This document shows positions 26,330-40,221 of a DNA stretch of 64,000 bases, in pieces. Position numbers and translations under genes: made by a program. Position 1 is the first letter of the stretch. Each line of letters opens with the position of its first letter. Source of the DNA: Chiloscyllium plagiosum (Eukaryota); NCBI RefSeq assembly GCF_004010195.1, contig NC_057728.1, positions 49,468,561 through 49,532,560 on the forward strand. Reading direction: 5' to 3'. The notes beneath the pieces were generated by a model. That model was not told the DNA's origin, ran no database searches, and saw nothing but the letters and a program-made list of their open reading frames with translations.

Positions 26330-28820
26330 ACCTGAGAAATTGAGGTTGCAAATTAGTGGCTGAGTTTGTGGCAGCAGCCCATGTGATGACAAGGCCTGGT
26401 GGGAGTTGGAATATGGACATGGGAGAAAGTACTCAGGCCCTGAAATTGTTGATCATGATGATGTCGAGTCCTGAAAGCTGCAGTGTCCCCAACCAGAACG
26501 TGAGGTGGTGTTCTTCCAGCACGTGCTGAGATTCGCTGGAGTACGGCAGCAAGCCTGGGACAGATGTTGGCCAGGGAACTGGAAGCTCAGGATCATTTTT
26601 CAGAGCAGAATTGGATGTTCTGCAAAGTCGTTGTCCAGTCTACACTTTGTCTCCCCAGTGGAGAGCAGCTCACATTGAGCAGTGAATACAGTAGATTAAT
26701 CGAATGAAGCGCAGGTAGATCACTGCTTTGCATGGAAGGTGTGTCTAGGCCTCTGGTGAGGAGGGAGGAAGTAAACAGGCCAGTGTTGAGCCTTCTGAGT
26801 CCCTTTTCACTTAAATTCACAATTCTTATGCTTTGTCAGTTTCAGAATTTCCAGTTGGCAACGCCCAGCCATCACCCTTTTTTTTTTTTTTTAACCATGC
26901 AATCCTTTTACACATCCATCCGGATGGTCTCTGGGCACTCTGCCTCTTCCTGGGGGATAAAAGGGCTGACCTGTCCCCATCAGACACCACTCTCCTCTAC
27001 CTGGCCGAGCTCATCCTCCCTCTGAACAATTTCTTCAGAGCTGAAGAAGGTGAAGAGTTAAAGGGGTGACCACGGGTACCCGCATGGGCTCTGGTTAAGT
27101 CTGTCTCTTTGTGGAGTACACGGAACATTCTTTGTCCCACTCCTACTTTGGCTCTCAACCACAACTATTTCTCTGGAATATCAGCAACATCACTGCTGCT
27201 TCTCCCTCTCTTCCAGGATTGGAGAAGTGTTTTTTATCTACTTTGTTTCCAATTTCCACTCCGCTCTTACCATCACCTGGTCCATCTCTGACTATTCCCT
27301 TCCCTTCCTCGACATCATCTCTTTGCCATTTCTGGGGATAGGCTGGCCACCAGTATCCACTACAAACCCACTGACTCTATTACCCTAACTATGCATCCTC
27401 ACATCCTGCTTCCCTCAGAGTCTCTTCCATTCTCCCAATTCCTCCTCCTTCACATTCAAGATAATCAGAGGGTTAGATAGGGTGGACAGGGAGCACCTTT
27501 TTCCAAGTATGGGAACGGCAAACATGAGGGGACACCACTTTAAAGTGAGGGGAGATAGGTATAAGACAGATGTAATAAGGGTATGGAATGCTTTGCCTGC
27601 AACAGTAGTAGATTTGCTAAGTTTAAGTGCATTGAAGTCGTCATTGGTCAGGCATATTGATGGACATGGAATAGTGTAGATGGGATGGGCTTCAGATTAG
27701 TATGACAGGGTGGCTCAACATTGAGGGCTGAAGGGCCTGTACTGTGCTATAATGATCTATGTTCTGGTGATGCCAACTTTGATAAAGGAACTTCCAAAAT
27801 GTCCACCTTCTTCAATTGAGGATACCCCAGCACTGTGGTTGACAGGGACCCCAGTGAGTCTGACCCTTTTCCCATATTTTAGCCCTTACCCCTTCTCTTA
27901 CCTGCCACACAGCGATCGGGTCCCTCGTTCTTGCCTACCATCCCACTGGCCTCCACATCTGTAGGATCATTAGTTGCCATTACTGCTACCTCCAGTGGGA
28001 TGCCACCATCAAACGAACATTCCCCTCCCCTCCCTTGTCGACCTTCCATAGGGACTGTTCCTTACAGAATACCTTGGTCCACTTCTAATACCACTCCACA
28101 TTCCCACCTTCCTATGCAATCGCAGAAGATGCAACATGTGTCCAGTTTACTACTTATTCCTCTCCGATCCAAAGAGCTCACTTTCCAGGCGAAGCAGTAA
28201 TTTACCTGAACTTCAATCTGGTCTATTGTATTTGCTGCTCACAATGTCGTCTCCTCTACACTGGGGAGATGAAACTCACAGGCTTGGTGACTGCTTTGCA
28301 GAACATCTTTTTTTGTTCTGTCAGTTTCAAAATGACCCGGAGCTCCCAGTTGCCTGTCACTTCAACACACCACTGTGTTCCCACACCAACATTTCTGTCA
28401 CCGGCCTCCTGCAGTGTTCCAGTGAGCCTCAGTGTAAGTTGAAAGAACAGCACCTCCTTCCCCACTTGGGGATGGTGCAGCCATGAGCACTCGACATTGT
28501 GGCGGATAACTTTTGAGCCTGAATCCATCCTTCCACTTACTGTATCCACCCTGCACCTGGTTCTGTTTTGCTGTGCAATAGCTATGCTGAAAGCAACCCA
28601 TTCTCCCCTATTCCCAGCCCATGTTATCACTGATTCAGCTTTTCTGCTGTCCTGACTTACCATCACTAATTCCCTTGTCTGGCTATCCCTTTCACGTCTC
28701 CCTCACTCAACTGCTCTGGTTCTCCCTTTCACTTGTGTGCTGTGTCTCCACCTGTCCACTTTTGTTTTCCCCATCTTCAGTAATTTCACTGTTTTCTAGC
28801 TGCTAATTGGTTCTGAAGAT
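26330..28820 (+). mobile_element. Decayed Penelope-like element: inverted 5' part, RT and GIY-YIG remnants
   Basis: About 26330-26800 is an inverted endonuclease segment; from 26895 RT remnants (QSFYTSI; TTLLYLAELILPLNNF; KGVTTGTRMG; FLDI; IHYKPTD); endonuclease remnant at 28200-28490 (GETHRL-like, FAEHL, PVACHFN). Confidence 0.85.
27455..27765 (+). mobile_element. CR1 3' end nested in the PLE RT
   Basis: FKIIRGLDRVDREHLFP..NMRGHHFKV..RVWNALP, ending in a ctatgttct tail; PLE resumes afterwards. Confidence 0.85.
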
Positions 28821-29099
28821 TTTGATTTGATTGTTATCATGTGTACCTAAAGTACAGTGAAAAATTGTTTTGGCAGTACAGGCAGATCATAACATACAAA
28901 AATCATAGGGTATTGAACAGAGCAAGGAATGCCAAGTTGCAGTTGCAGAGAAGGTGCATGAAAAGTAAGATCAACATTTTATATTTGAAATTTGAGGCCA
29001 TCGGACGCAAAATGTTTACTTTCTACCCACGGATGCTGCCAGAATGGAGTTTCACCAGTTTCTATTTTTATTTGATAAAATATTTGTGACGGGAATTAA

Positions 29100-29920
29100 A
29101 TCCAAAACTTTGCTCTATTTATACAGGGCATGGGTGAGACCGCATCAGCGCTATGTATTGTGCTGTTAAGAATTAGGTACCTTTTTATTTAAAGAATGAC
29201 TCCAATAAAATGGGTCAGCCGTCTTATGGGGACAGGTTGGATAGGCTAGGCGTGTTTCTGCTGGAGTTTAAATCTGAGAACCTGACGGATTTTGACAGAC
29301 CAAGTGTGGGAAAGATGTTTCCTTTTCTGGGAAAATCTAGAATTAGGGGTCATTGTTCAACAGTCTTGGATTGCTCTCTCGGTGAGGAAAAATTGAGGGT
29401 CACAAACCTTTGGAACTCTTGTGGGCGACGGGGAAGGTGGTAGAAGCAGAGGCGTTGAATATTTTTTAAGGCAGGGATAGATTCTTTCAGCCAGGGCAGC
29501 TCAGCGGTTAGCACTGCTGCCCCACAGCGCCAGGGACCCAGGTTCGATTCCAGCCTTGGGTTGTCTGTGTGAAGTTTGCTGTTGTGCCCATGTCTGCGTG
29601 GGTTCCTTCCGGGTGCTTGGGTTTCCTTCCACAATCCAAAGATGTGCGGGTTAGGTGAACTAGTCATGCTAAATTGCCCCATAGTTTTCAGGAATGTTTG
29701 GGTTAGGTCAGGGGTAAATGTAGAGTAATAGGGGAATGGGTCTGATTGGATTACTTTTTGGGTGGGTCAGTGTAGACTAGTTGCGTGAAATAGCCTGTTT
29801 CTACACTGTAGGGATTCTATGAAAGGTTAACATGGGTCGCCAGAATATATTTTTGAGATTACATTGGGTCAGCCCTGATCCTATCAAAGATGGAACAAGC
29901 TTGATGGACTGAAAAGCCTA
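29100..29920 (+). mobile_element. CR1 3' fragment with nested HE1-like SINE (29494-29822)
   Basis: SYGDRLDRLGVFLLE..SRIRGH; SINE head gctcagcggttagcactgctgcc..ggttcgattcc. Confidence 0.8.
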
Positions 29921-30869
29921 CTCTCAGAATCTCAGAAATCTGGAAGGAGACTTTTTAGCCCATTGTGTCTGCATTAGGTCTCAAATGAGCATGAGGAGTT
30001 GGTGTTTGCTCTCCTGCCTTTCCCCAATCCTCGCACATTAGTTTCCATTTTAAATCACTATCTTCTAATGGAATGCCTCCATTAAACCTGCCTCCATAAC
30101 CACTATGGCAATACTTTCCAGACTTGAACCATCTATGAAAATATTTGTTTTTTTTTTCTTTCCTATTTGTTCCTTGTTTGTGACAAATGAGATTCCAATG
30201 AGCTAATTAGCCACTTCTCCAGAATAATGGAGAAGAATTAATGAAAGAAAGTAACTCTGGTAATGATGGGGACAATTTTCTTCCTAATGATTCTCTTTAG
30301 TTGAGTGTGAAATGGTGAAAGCTGCATCCTATAATTGCCTGCACTTAACCATTGAAAAACACTCTGCAACAGAAAATGACTGTGTTTTATTATAGTAAAT
30401 CCTTCCCTACAAAGGGCACAATGCTTCAGCCAGAGTTTTCTTTAGAATTTGAAGATTATTGAATTAAATATTTACTTTTTTAATGTGAATGTTTACGATG
30501 ATGGGAAGACTTTTGAAGATCTCCCAGTGCCTCAGGAGGCTGATTTCAGTTGTGAATCAAACCAACCAAGTTGGTTTTTAAAATTCCTTGTTAGGAGGTG
30601 AATATTATTGGCAGGATCTGTTTTTATTGCCTATCCTTACTTCTCTGTTGAGCTGCCTTCCTGAACTGCTAAATTCCATGTGGTGTAAGCACATCTAGAG
30701 TCATCTCGGGGAGGGAGTTTCAGGCTTTTGATTCGGTGAACTGACGGAACGGTGATATGGTTGCAAATCTGTGTTTTAAATGACCCGTAGCTGCTGTTCC
30801 CATGCAGTTGTTGCCCTTGTCCTTCTAGACGATAGTGGTTGTCTCTGAAAACTGCTTTGGAAAAGTCAG

Positions 30870-31210
30870 GCTGAGTTTCTGGGATCAAGTCTCGATACAG
30901 AACTAGAATGCCTTGGATGGGGGAAGTGCTACATTGTCAGAGAAGCCATTGTATGAGATGAGGAATTAACTGGAAGCTTGTCTGTCTTAAGGCAAATATA
31001 AAAATATCATGTAGCATCACTTCAAAGGACAGCAGCCAGGTCTCCCTGTCAAATGTCCCTACATTAAACCCAACTTTAAAAAAGAAAGCAGCTTGGCAAA
31101 TTCTTGCCTCTTTGTTATTATGTTGGTTACAGCATTGGTCACCTTATTAACTTTACATCAAAAAGAATCATTGTGAAATACTTCCAGATCTCCTCCAGGG
31201 AGAGAGATAT
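30870..31210 (+). mobile_element. Deu-domain SINE remnant
   Basis: gtgctacattgtcagagaagcc..gatgaggaattaac..cacttcaaagg resembles the DeuSINE consensus as recalled; related pieces near 14225, 42420 and 48450. Confidence 0.5.
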
Positions 31211-34200
31211 CACATGCGGAAATGTAAAATCATCTTTGGGATTAAGTGAGTTTTAACAATAAAAGCAAATGTGGCAAGTAACATCTGTGCCCCAGAAATG
31301 TCAGGCTATGACTATCTCTGACGAGAGACCATCTACCTCCTCACATTATTCAGCACTGCCATGCTGAAACCCCCAAGTCCATATTCATTGAAACTGAACT
31401 AGACTAGCCATTAAAGTTGCTACAGTCCCAGAGGATGACAGGGCTGCACTCTCATTACAGAGAAGGGCAACTGGTGATTTAACCTGAGGATTCCCACAAA
31501 CTAGCATTGCAAATGAGCTGTCCAGCAAACTGAGCTAACTGAAACCCCTTGACCAGCAATAATGTCTACAAGAGCAGCTCAAAGCTAGGAATTCTGCAGC
31601 AAGTAACTCACCACCTGACTCTCCAAACTGTTCACCATCCACAAAGCAGGAATGCGATGGAATACTCTGCACTTGTTGTTGGATCTTCACTCATCCAAAC
31701 ACCTAGTCAACACCATCTAGTACACAGCAGTTCACTTAACTGGCATCCCATCAACCACCTGAAAAAGATCACACCTTTCACAACTACTGTGCAGTGGCAG
31801 AGTGTTTATGTCAGGAACTGCAGCAACTTGGCAAGCCTTTTTTGTCTGACTTGTGACCTCTACCATCTAGAAGTCAGGGGCATCAGATACATTGGCATAC
31901 CATTACTTGCAAGTTCCCCTCCAAGCTGCTCACTTTCTGACTTGGAAACGTTGTTCATTCAGCATTGCAGGGTCAAAATTCTGTAACTCCTTCCCTGACA
32001 ACATTGGTGTTCCCACTACTACCAGTTCAGGAAGGCAGCTCATCTCCACCTTCTCCAGGACAGGTAAGGATGAGCCAGCCTCCACTACCATGAAAGAAAA
32101 AATGTAATGTCTGAGTCTGGGACCTAGTTGTTACCAACTGAGCCAAGCTACTAAGATGTATTCTGTGGAGATCCTGCTGTTGTCTAGGAGAGAGGTTTGT
32201 CTTGTCCTCCTATTGCATTCCCATGAGTTATACAATCACATTTTTTTATCATCTAAGAATTTCAAGTGCTGTCATTTCTTCATTAAATTTAACCTATAGT
32301 CCTACACAATGCGTCAAGGTAACTTGTTGAGCTAGTGATCCAGAGACTTCCATTTGTAGAATTTTCACAATCTTAATAGCAAGCTATGGCCCCTGCCCAT
32401 TTTAGTAGCTCTTATTCCCAAAAACCAAGGTAGATCCCTACTCTACTGAGAGACTACATCTTGAGCTTCAAATACTCCAACGTTGATGTAAATAAAAATC
32501 GATCCTCTCAAACAAAAGGCAGATAAATCCTCTTTCAAGCCATTAAATATCACCAAACAGCCGAGAAATTTACAAGATTATTTGACCTTCCCTCAGGTTA
32601 AACTTTGAAGAATGGCATTTATCTAACTGGTCAATCTTGACTAATTAATGTTATTTCTCACCAACAAGGCAGGCTCTAGCAGATTTATCTCTTCCCCTGA
32701 ATCTATCATCCCTAAGGTTAGGTTTTAACTAGTCCCCATTTTGACACAAAGGTTAACAGCGGCTGAAAATAATTATTAAGATTCTAAGTTCCTGGCAAAT
32801 ATTTTTGGAAAAATATTTGATTCGATACCTTTCGTGAAGATAATGACCTCATCTGGGAGATGGACTCCCAAATTCATAAGTTTGATCTCTTTATTGTCTC
32901 ATTTTCATTTTTGCTTCTTTAGAGTTCTTGAAGATGTGAACCTCCCTGCATCTTTCACTTGAAAGATTGTCTGGAACATTCAGTACAGCAGTTAATCCAG
33001 ATTAAATTTAAATTCCTTTAACTCAACCCAATATAAATTCTCAATCGCAGAGTAATAACATGGTTGCCACACAGGAGGACATCATTCAGTCATGATGTCT
33101 GTGCTCACTCTCTCCTGAAGGGGTGGGTTAGTGCAACACTCATAGCTTTTGCCGTAGTCCTGCAACTTCTTTTTTCAGCTAGTATTTCAATTCTCTCTTG
33201 AATGCCTGGATTGAACCTGCCTCCATCTTGCACTCTGGATCCCAACCATTCACTTTCTGCATGTGCTATTTCTCTTGCCTTCATTTTATATCCTTAGGTT
33301 TTTGATCCTTCCAACATAGGGAGCAGTAGCTCTCTGCTCTATCCAGGCCCCTCTTGAATGCAAACACTGTCTGAAACATTGACTTTCCTGCTCCTCTGAT
33401 GCCGCCTGACTTCCAGTGCCACCCTTTTTGACCCTGACATTTCGCTAGCAACTGCAGTCTTCACTTTTTCTCTCCTCCTTGAAGAGTGGTGCCAACTTCT
33501 CCCCAATCTCCTACATTACTAGCTCTGCGGATCAGAAACTTCATTTCTGGGAACCTGTTTTGCACCCTCTACTGTGTCTGTATCCTTCCTAAAAGAGTGT
33601 CTCTCAAAGTAGACTCAACACTGCAGCTTGCTGAAGGTTTACCACACCCTCTGAATCTTTAAACAAGTGGCACAGAGTACAAAGCCCAGGATACCAAGTG
33701 CTTTTACTTAGCACTCTCCAAACCTGTCCTGCGACACTCCATGATCTATCCATATGTATATCTAATTCCTTCTACTCCTGTACTCCCTCTAAAATTGTAT
33801 TCCATTTTATATTGTCTCTCTGCATTCTTCATATCAAAGTTAATCTCTTCAAACTTCTGTGCATTAAATTTCATTTGTCACTTGTCTTCCCATTCCAGCA
33901 ACCTGCCTGTGCTTTTGCAATTTTATGTTATTCATTTCGTGTCTCAGTTTCTTATCATCTAGAATTTGGGATCTGCAACCTGCGACTATTAACTGTCAAT
34001 GTTTGTTTAAATTCTAAAAACTGGTTGACTGGCCAGACTTTGCCTTTAACAAAAAGTCTGGCCGTTGACTGCAAATAAATGTTAACGGACAATTCCTCTA
34101 CCAATCAGAATCAACTTGTCAACCAAATCAAATTCCCTGCTCAAATTGTTGTTTTCCTTTACATTGACATTTCTTGTAAATTGTCTTGATGAGTACAAGA

Positions 34201-34729
34201 TGATAAAGTGCCTAATTGCAAAAGTACTGAAGCTATATATTGCTGAATGATTATTTGGGCCAAGTCACTTTTTTTTAAGCTACAATGTAGTTTTCTTCAT
34301 GTGGCTATCTACATCTGCAGCTCACCAGTTGTTTTACTACACTCTGTGCATTCACGTGTATTGTAGCACAGTTTAAAATTTAATGCATGTGAGTAAGGAT
34401 TAGCCCATTAGTACAAGCGAAGCTTTTCTTGTTCTAATGGTGGTGTCAGTTAAGAGCATTGGTTACATTCTATTGATGTTACTGGACTGAACCGTGAAAG
34501 TGGAATGAAACTTGTTTGGAAAAGTAGCATTGGAAAGTTCCAATCAGCAACAGAAAGATTGAACAGCTTTTTTTAGTGTTATCAATTTAGTTTTTGACAA
34601 TTGTTCTCAACCCCTCAACACTTGAAGGTGTACTTTTTAGTTAGAGTAAACACAGTGGTAGCCCCTTGCCTGCATCAGTTTTAAGCAGAGGTGGTGGCCT
34701 AGCGGTAATGTATTGTTAGTCCATCTTTG

Positions 34730-35780
34730 ATCTAATCCGTTGTAATATGTGTGAAGACCTGGAGAAAGGGGGGATAAACACACCCTCACCCTGATGGCTA
34801 TCTTCATGTGTGGCTGCATCAAGCTGTGTGTGGATCCCTAGTAGGCAAACACCAAGCATCGCTACATACTGAGGTTCTACCTGTCCCCGGTGTTGCGAAG
34901 GATAGACCCGGCCTCGCTCCCACGGAATGCTCTAAAATTGTTGGTCCCTGTTCTGTATCACCTGTCCTTTGTGGAGTAATTTGTGAAGAAGATTTTGACC
35001 ACACTTCTGTCAGGAAGTGGTCAGCATGTGTCCTTAAGACCCTTCAGGAAAAGGAGGGGCAGATCCTGTCGAGCAGCTGGGCAGACTGTCAATCATTTGG
35101 TAGAATGCCTCATCGCCAGAACTTTCTAACAGGCACCAAGACATGGCTTGGCTGGTGGCGAGAAGGACTCTGCCTGAGACCCTTTTCTGCATGCCCAGAC
35201 TCTCCACGCTACCGCACGCTGCCCTCAAAGCGGCTGTGGAGGGTATGAGACTATCACGCTCCGCTTTCTGGAATGTGCCTATGCAAAGGAAGTCTAGAGA
35301 GGAATGCAGTGGTGTTTGTCAAGGTTTGTCCCAAGCAGCTCTGACATGTGACGTTATGCTCCATGGTCTATTCCCCGGAACGCACACTGAGACAAACATC
35401 AACTATGCCTGGAGGATCATCAACTCCGAAAGACACTCTTTGATCTGCCCGAAACTTGATCGTCTTCCAGTTGAAGGAGTTAACAGAGTGTTGCAGACTG
35501 GCATATTCCGAGGTCCAGGACTACGTGCTGAGGGATGCACTGAAGTTTGAGGCAGCTGCTGCCAATGTGCGGGTGGGGAAAGACCACAGTGTAAGGTTCC
35601 TTTGCTGAAGAAGAGGGGCCCATTCAGTAATTGGGCCTCTCTGTTGCCTCCCCTATAGGCCAAGAGGTGGTCTGTAAATAGAGTATGGTGAACATCAAAG
35701 ACTTAATTTGACTGTGTAGATTTGAGTGGTTTCATTAACTGTCCATGTACCAATGCATATTTTTGAAATAAAATAAATTA
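34730..35780 (+). mobile_element. Tx1-clade (L1-related) LINE 3' end, degenerate
   Basis: Frameshifted ORF2 C-terminus with zf-RVT-type segment (AWLVARR..; C-P..GCGG.ET..; LHGLFPGTHTETNINYAWRIINS); A-rich end. Confidence 0.75.
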
Positions 35781-36961
35781 CACTGGATTAGTATCCCAGT
35801 TGCCTTCTCCCCTCAAGAAAAGCAATCCCACCTTCTCCAACCCATCATTTATAACAGAAATTTCTCTTCAATAAAACTATTCTTGAGGGATAAACTGATT
35901 TATAGAACATTGTGATAGAAACTGTGTGGTGGTGTATGTTACTAAACTGGTGAGCTGAAAGTAACTGAGGGTGCAGACTGTTTGTCCCAGTCACCAGAGA
36001 AATTCAGTCAGGCACAGACCAGTGAATAAACAAAATCTGCCCAGTGGCAATAATATACAACAGCCAGCATTAGTTGAGGGGCTGAGGGTCGAGCTGCTCA
36101 TCAGAGGCCAGCACCTCCAAGAACTGCAACAGTGCCAAAGCTTGACAGTGGTTGCTGCTGGTACTGCAGGTGGGCTGTGGATCACAGTTCAAGACAAACC
36201 CTGGGGGTGCGGGGGTGTGGTATTGATTGAGGGGTGTTGCCTATTTTAAGGGGAGGTGGGTAGGAAAGAAGGGATGCTCAGTTTTGGGGCAGGGGAGAGG
36301 GTGTCCTCAATAAGCAAAGGGCACCCCCCCGCTCTCCTTGCATGCTTTCCCCTATTTAAAATGCTTTTATGAGAAAAGAAATGGGCTGCCCATGCCAATC
36401 CTGTTATGCTTTGGGCACTGAGATAATGGGATCAAGTGATGGGTTTTCACAAACTCTATTGACTCTTAATTACGGTGTTACAAATGGTCAATGATTTTGG
36501 TATCCAGCCATCTCCTGTGCTTATGGGGATTAGTTTGAATGGTGACTGACGAGTTAGTGTGTTGGACACCTGTCCAATTTTTGTGCCCCCACTGCAATCA
36601 GAATATCACCCAGTGTGGGCATTTACTGTAAAGCCCAGTAATCCAGAGGTATCAACTAATGACCCAGAGGCATGAGTTCAAATTCCATCATAGCAGTTGG
36701 GGAAGTTGAAACTCCTTAGCTGGATTTTGTTAGAAAACTTGTCAGCACTTGATGACCATGAAGCTATTATCAGATTGTTGTTAAAAGCAATCTGGCTCAA
36801 TGTTCTCTATGAAGTGAAATCTGTCCTCTTTGCCCAGTCTGGTCTGTTGTGATTCTACCTTCACATCCATGTTGACTTCTCTCTGAAATGGCCCAGCAAG
36901 CCATTCAGTTGTCTTCAAGGTAGCTAATAAGGGTATGGTAACCAGTTGCCTTGCCAATAAG

Positions 36962-37755
36962 AGGATTGTTTTTCAGACTGGAGGCCTGTGATCAGCAATG
37001 TCCCTCAAGAATTGGTGCTGGGTCCACAGCTTTTTGCCATTTTTTTAAAAATATAATTTAGATGTGAGTATACTGGAGTTGTAATGGGCAGCGAAGAAGA
37101 TTACAACCGAGTCCCATGTGACCTTGATCAGGTGAGTCAATGGGCGTTGAAGTGGCAGATGGAGTTTAATGTAGAGAAATGTGAGGGGATACGTTTCGTG
37201 GTAAGGTCCTGGGGAGTGTTGCTTAACAAAGAACTTGGAGTGCAAGTTCATAGTGCCTTTAAAATTGAATTGCTTATGATAACATTTATCATATGGTTAT
37301 CATTTACAAGGATGTTGTCAGGGTTGGAGAGTTTGAGCTAGGAGAGGCTGAATAGGCTGGAGCTATATTTCTTGGAGGGTTAGAAGCTGAGGGGTGACCT
37401 TATAGAGGTTTACAAAATCATGAGGGGCATGGATAGGGCGAATAGGCAAGACCTTCCCTCCAAGTAGGGGAGCCCAGAATTAGAAGGCATAGGTTTAAGG
37501 TGAGGAGAGAAAGATTTAAAAGGGACCTAAGTGGCAATCTTTTCATGCAGAGGGTGGTGCGTGTTTGGAATCGCCTGCCAGAGGGAAGTGGTGGAGGCTG
37601 GTACAATTATAACATTTTAAAAGGCATCTGGATGGAAATATGGTTTGGAGGGATATGGGCCAAGTGTTGGCAAATGGGGCTAGATTTATATCCTATTTAG
37701 GCATGAATGAGCTGGATAAAAAGATCTTTCTGTGCTGTACGTCTCGACTCTATTT
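36962..37755 (+). mobile_element. CR1 LINE, internally deleted 3' part
   Basis: WALKWQMEFNVEKCE; FTRMLSGLESLS; QRVVRVWNRLP; same family as 1-1412; ends about 90 bp before the ANO4 exon. Confidence 0.88.
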
Positions 37756-37844
37756 AAGCCTACATGCTGTGAATATTTTAATGAAAATGTTTTTTTTTTA
37801 AAAAAACCCTTAATATGTTTGTATTAATATTTTTTATTTTGCAG

Positions 37845-37945
37845 TCCTCACTAACAAACAGTGATATCATATTTGTGAAGTTACATGCCCCATGGGAAGT
37901 TCTTTGTAGATATGCAGAGTTAATGAACGTACGGATGCCTTTCAG
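37845..37945 (+). CDS. ANO4: Anoctamin-4 coding exon (101 nt)
   Basis: ttgcag|TCC...AG|gtaaat; SSLTNSDIIFVKLHAPWEVLCRYAELMNVRMPFR. Confidence 0.97.
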
Positions 37946-38962
37946 GTAAATAAAATTTACTTTTTGCTTGCATTTTTTGGGTATGGGCAAAACAGGATTG
38001 TTAACTCAATGTTGGGGATACAGCCCTGTTGACATCAATAGGGGGTTGCTAACATTTCAGGAAAAGGTATATGAACCAAACACCAACCTCTTTGGTAGTT
38101 TGAGTTTTTTTTTGCACTAATTGTTTTGCAATGTTTTCCTTTTTCGTTTAAGTTGAAGATCTTAGCTGTGTCTCACCATGAAAAATTGGAAATCTGAAAA
38201 TAGAATCCATCTCCTCTATCCAGTTCTGATTGTGTTCCAAGAACATTGAGTGCTTTTGGTTGGAAGCATTGTAGAAATATCCATTAACCTACCAAATCAA
38301 TCCAAAGTCTCAATCATCTTCTTAGAGGGACCAAGAGCAATTAAATTGAAACCTTCAATAGTGTGAGGAATTATCATGGAGTTGATGCTGTATTCATAGG
38401 ATGAAGGGAGTGGTTACATCCAGGATAAACCTGAACAACGCATTGGCAGGGTAGGCTGAATGACATCCTCCTATTTTGAAATCTATTGAATCACAAAAGA
38501 AGCTTCGAGCACAGTGAGACCATTGGGACCATCTTATCTAAGCCTGCTTTGGCTTTAATTTAATTCAAAACTAATCCTACTGACCTCATTCCCCAAGGCC
38601 CTGTAACATCCTCTGCTCCCCTTCAAAAGAGACTGGTTTTTGTCTCCGCTATACACTTGTCAGAAAAAACTGTCCTCTATAGAAAGAAGTGTCCAAATCT
38701 ATCTCTCTCTGAATTTTAAACATTTCTAGAATCAGCCCTTAAATACTTTTTTAAAAAAATCAAATGGTTTGACGGTTCCTCATTGGTCTTTTTTTCAATT
38801 GTATTGTGATTGATCGCTTTCTCTCTTAATCTCTCCTTTTAGTCTTTTCTCCTACCTCTTGCAGGCTTATGTCTTCAATCTCCCTTTCCTTCCTTGATAG
38901 TTCATACTGTAACTGACGACGGGTTTTCTTCTCGACTGGCTTCATTTTTGCTGTTCTTCCAG

Positions 38963-39007
38963 GAGAAAAATCTATTACCTGCAGCGGCGTTACAAGTTCA
39001 TGAGCAG
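38963..39007 (+). CDS. ANO4: Anoctamin-4 short coding exon (45 nt)
   Basis: ttccag|G...AG|gttggt; RKIYYLQRRYKFMSR, matching recalled mammalian RKIYYLPRRYKFMSR. Confidence 0.95.
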
Positions 39008-39718
39008 GTTGGTGCATCTGACATTGCCTGAAATCGAATCTGCATGAACTGTGGCTGTGTGCGCTTCTGGTTCCTGCGCACTCGACTGTCTGTTTGTTGA
39101 TAACCCTCCATTTTCTCGATTTTAAATACTCAACTTTACCTTAGTTTCGTGCAGTGACTTTTCTTCAATTGCCTTCTGTTGGAACAACATTACATAGTGG
39201 AATGTTCTAAAGATCTTGTTTCAGCTCTCTAGGAGTTAATCTTTTTGTTTTAGCCAAGTAAAATATTGTATTGTCTATGAGGCACATCACAGAAATTCAC
39301 TAAATCACCTTTAAACAGCAACTTCCAAACCCATGACCAGTGCCACCTGGAAGGGTAAGGGCAGCTGATATGTTACTATCTGCAAGTTCTTTGCCAATGA
39401 ACCATTCTGACCTGGAAGTATATTGCTGTTTCTTCAGTGCTACTGGGTCAAAATCCTTTAAATCCCCTTCCCTCTTAATGACACCGTGAGTCTACCTGCA
39501 CCACACAGACTGGAGCAGTTCAAAAAGACCGTATCATCTTGGGGGCAACTAAAGATGGCAAATGCAGGTCCAGCTGGTGATGCTCACACCATGATTGAAT
39601 AAAGTTCTGTTAATGTTTGAGACAGCTGAAACAGTGCCAAGTCTGTTTAAAACATAGGTTCTTTCTTTGTCCAGGTTACTTTTGAAAAATCTGAACCTTA
39701 CTGATGGAAATAATTGTC

Positions 39719-39922
39719 GAGAGTGAGGTGCTGGAAAAACACAGCAGGTAAGGCGGCTTCTGAGGAGCAGGAGACTCGACGTTTTGAGCATAGGCCTTTC
39801 TTCAGGGACTGGCTTATGCCCAAAACGTCGATTCTCCTGCTCCTCAGAAGCTGCCTGACCACCTGTGTTTTTCCAGCACCCCACACTCTACTCTGATTTC
39901 CAGAATCTGCAGTCCTCCCTTT
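39719..39922. mobile_element. Fold-back PLE derivative with 21-bp TSD
   Basis: ttactg(a/g)tggaaataattgtc at 39698-39718 and 39923-39943; inverted arms about 78 bp converging on hammerhead remnants. Confidence 0.88.
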
Positions 39923-40221
39923 TTACTGGTGGAAATAATTGTCCAAGAATTGGGGGGAGGGGAACTTACCCTTGCCATGCCTGTTAATGAGACTGGTATT
40001 GTCAAGTACTCTTTGCAACATCTAAAAGCAATTGCTAAGTTGACTTTAGGAACTTTTCTTAATTGTAAAGTATAAATAATTACAGTGAGATACCAGCAAA
40101 ACATTGCATTTTCTCAACAGGAATGACTCACAAACATTCCATATGTCCAGATTCTCACCTGTCAACTTTAAGTCGCCCCCCTGTGGAGTAAGTCAAGTCA
40201 CCTGACAGTATTTTACTGATG

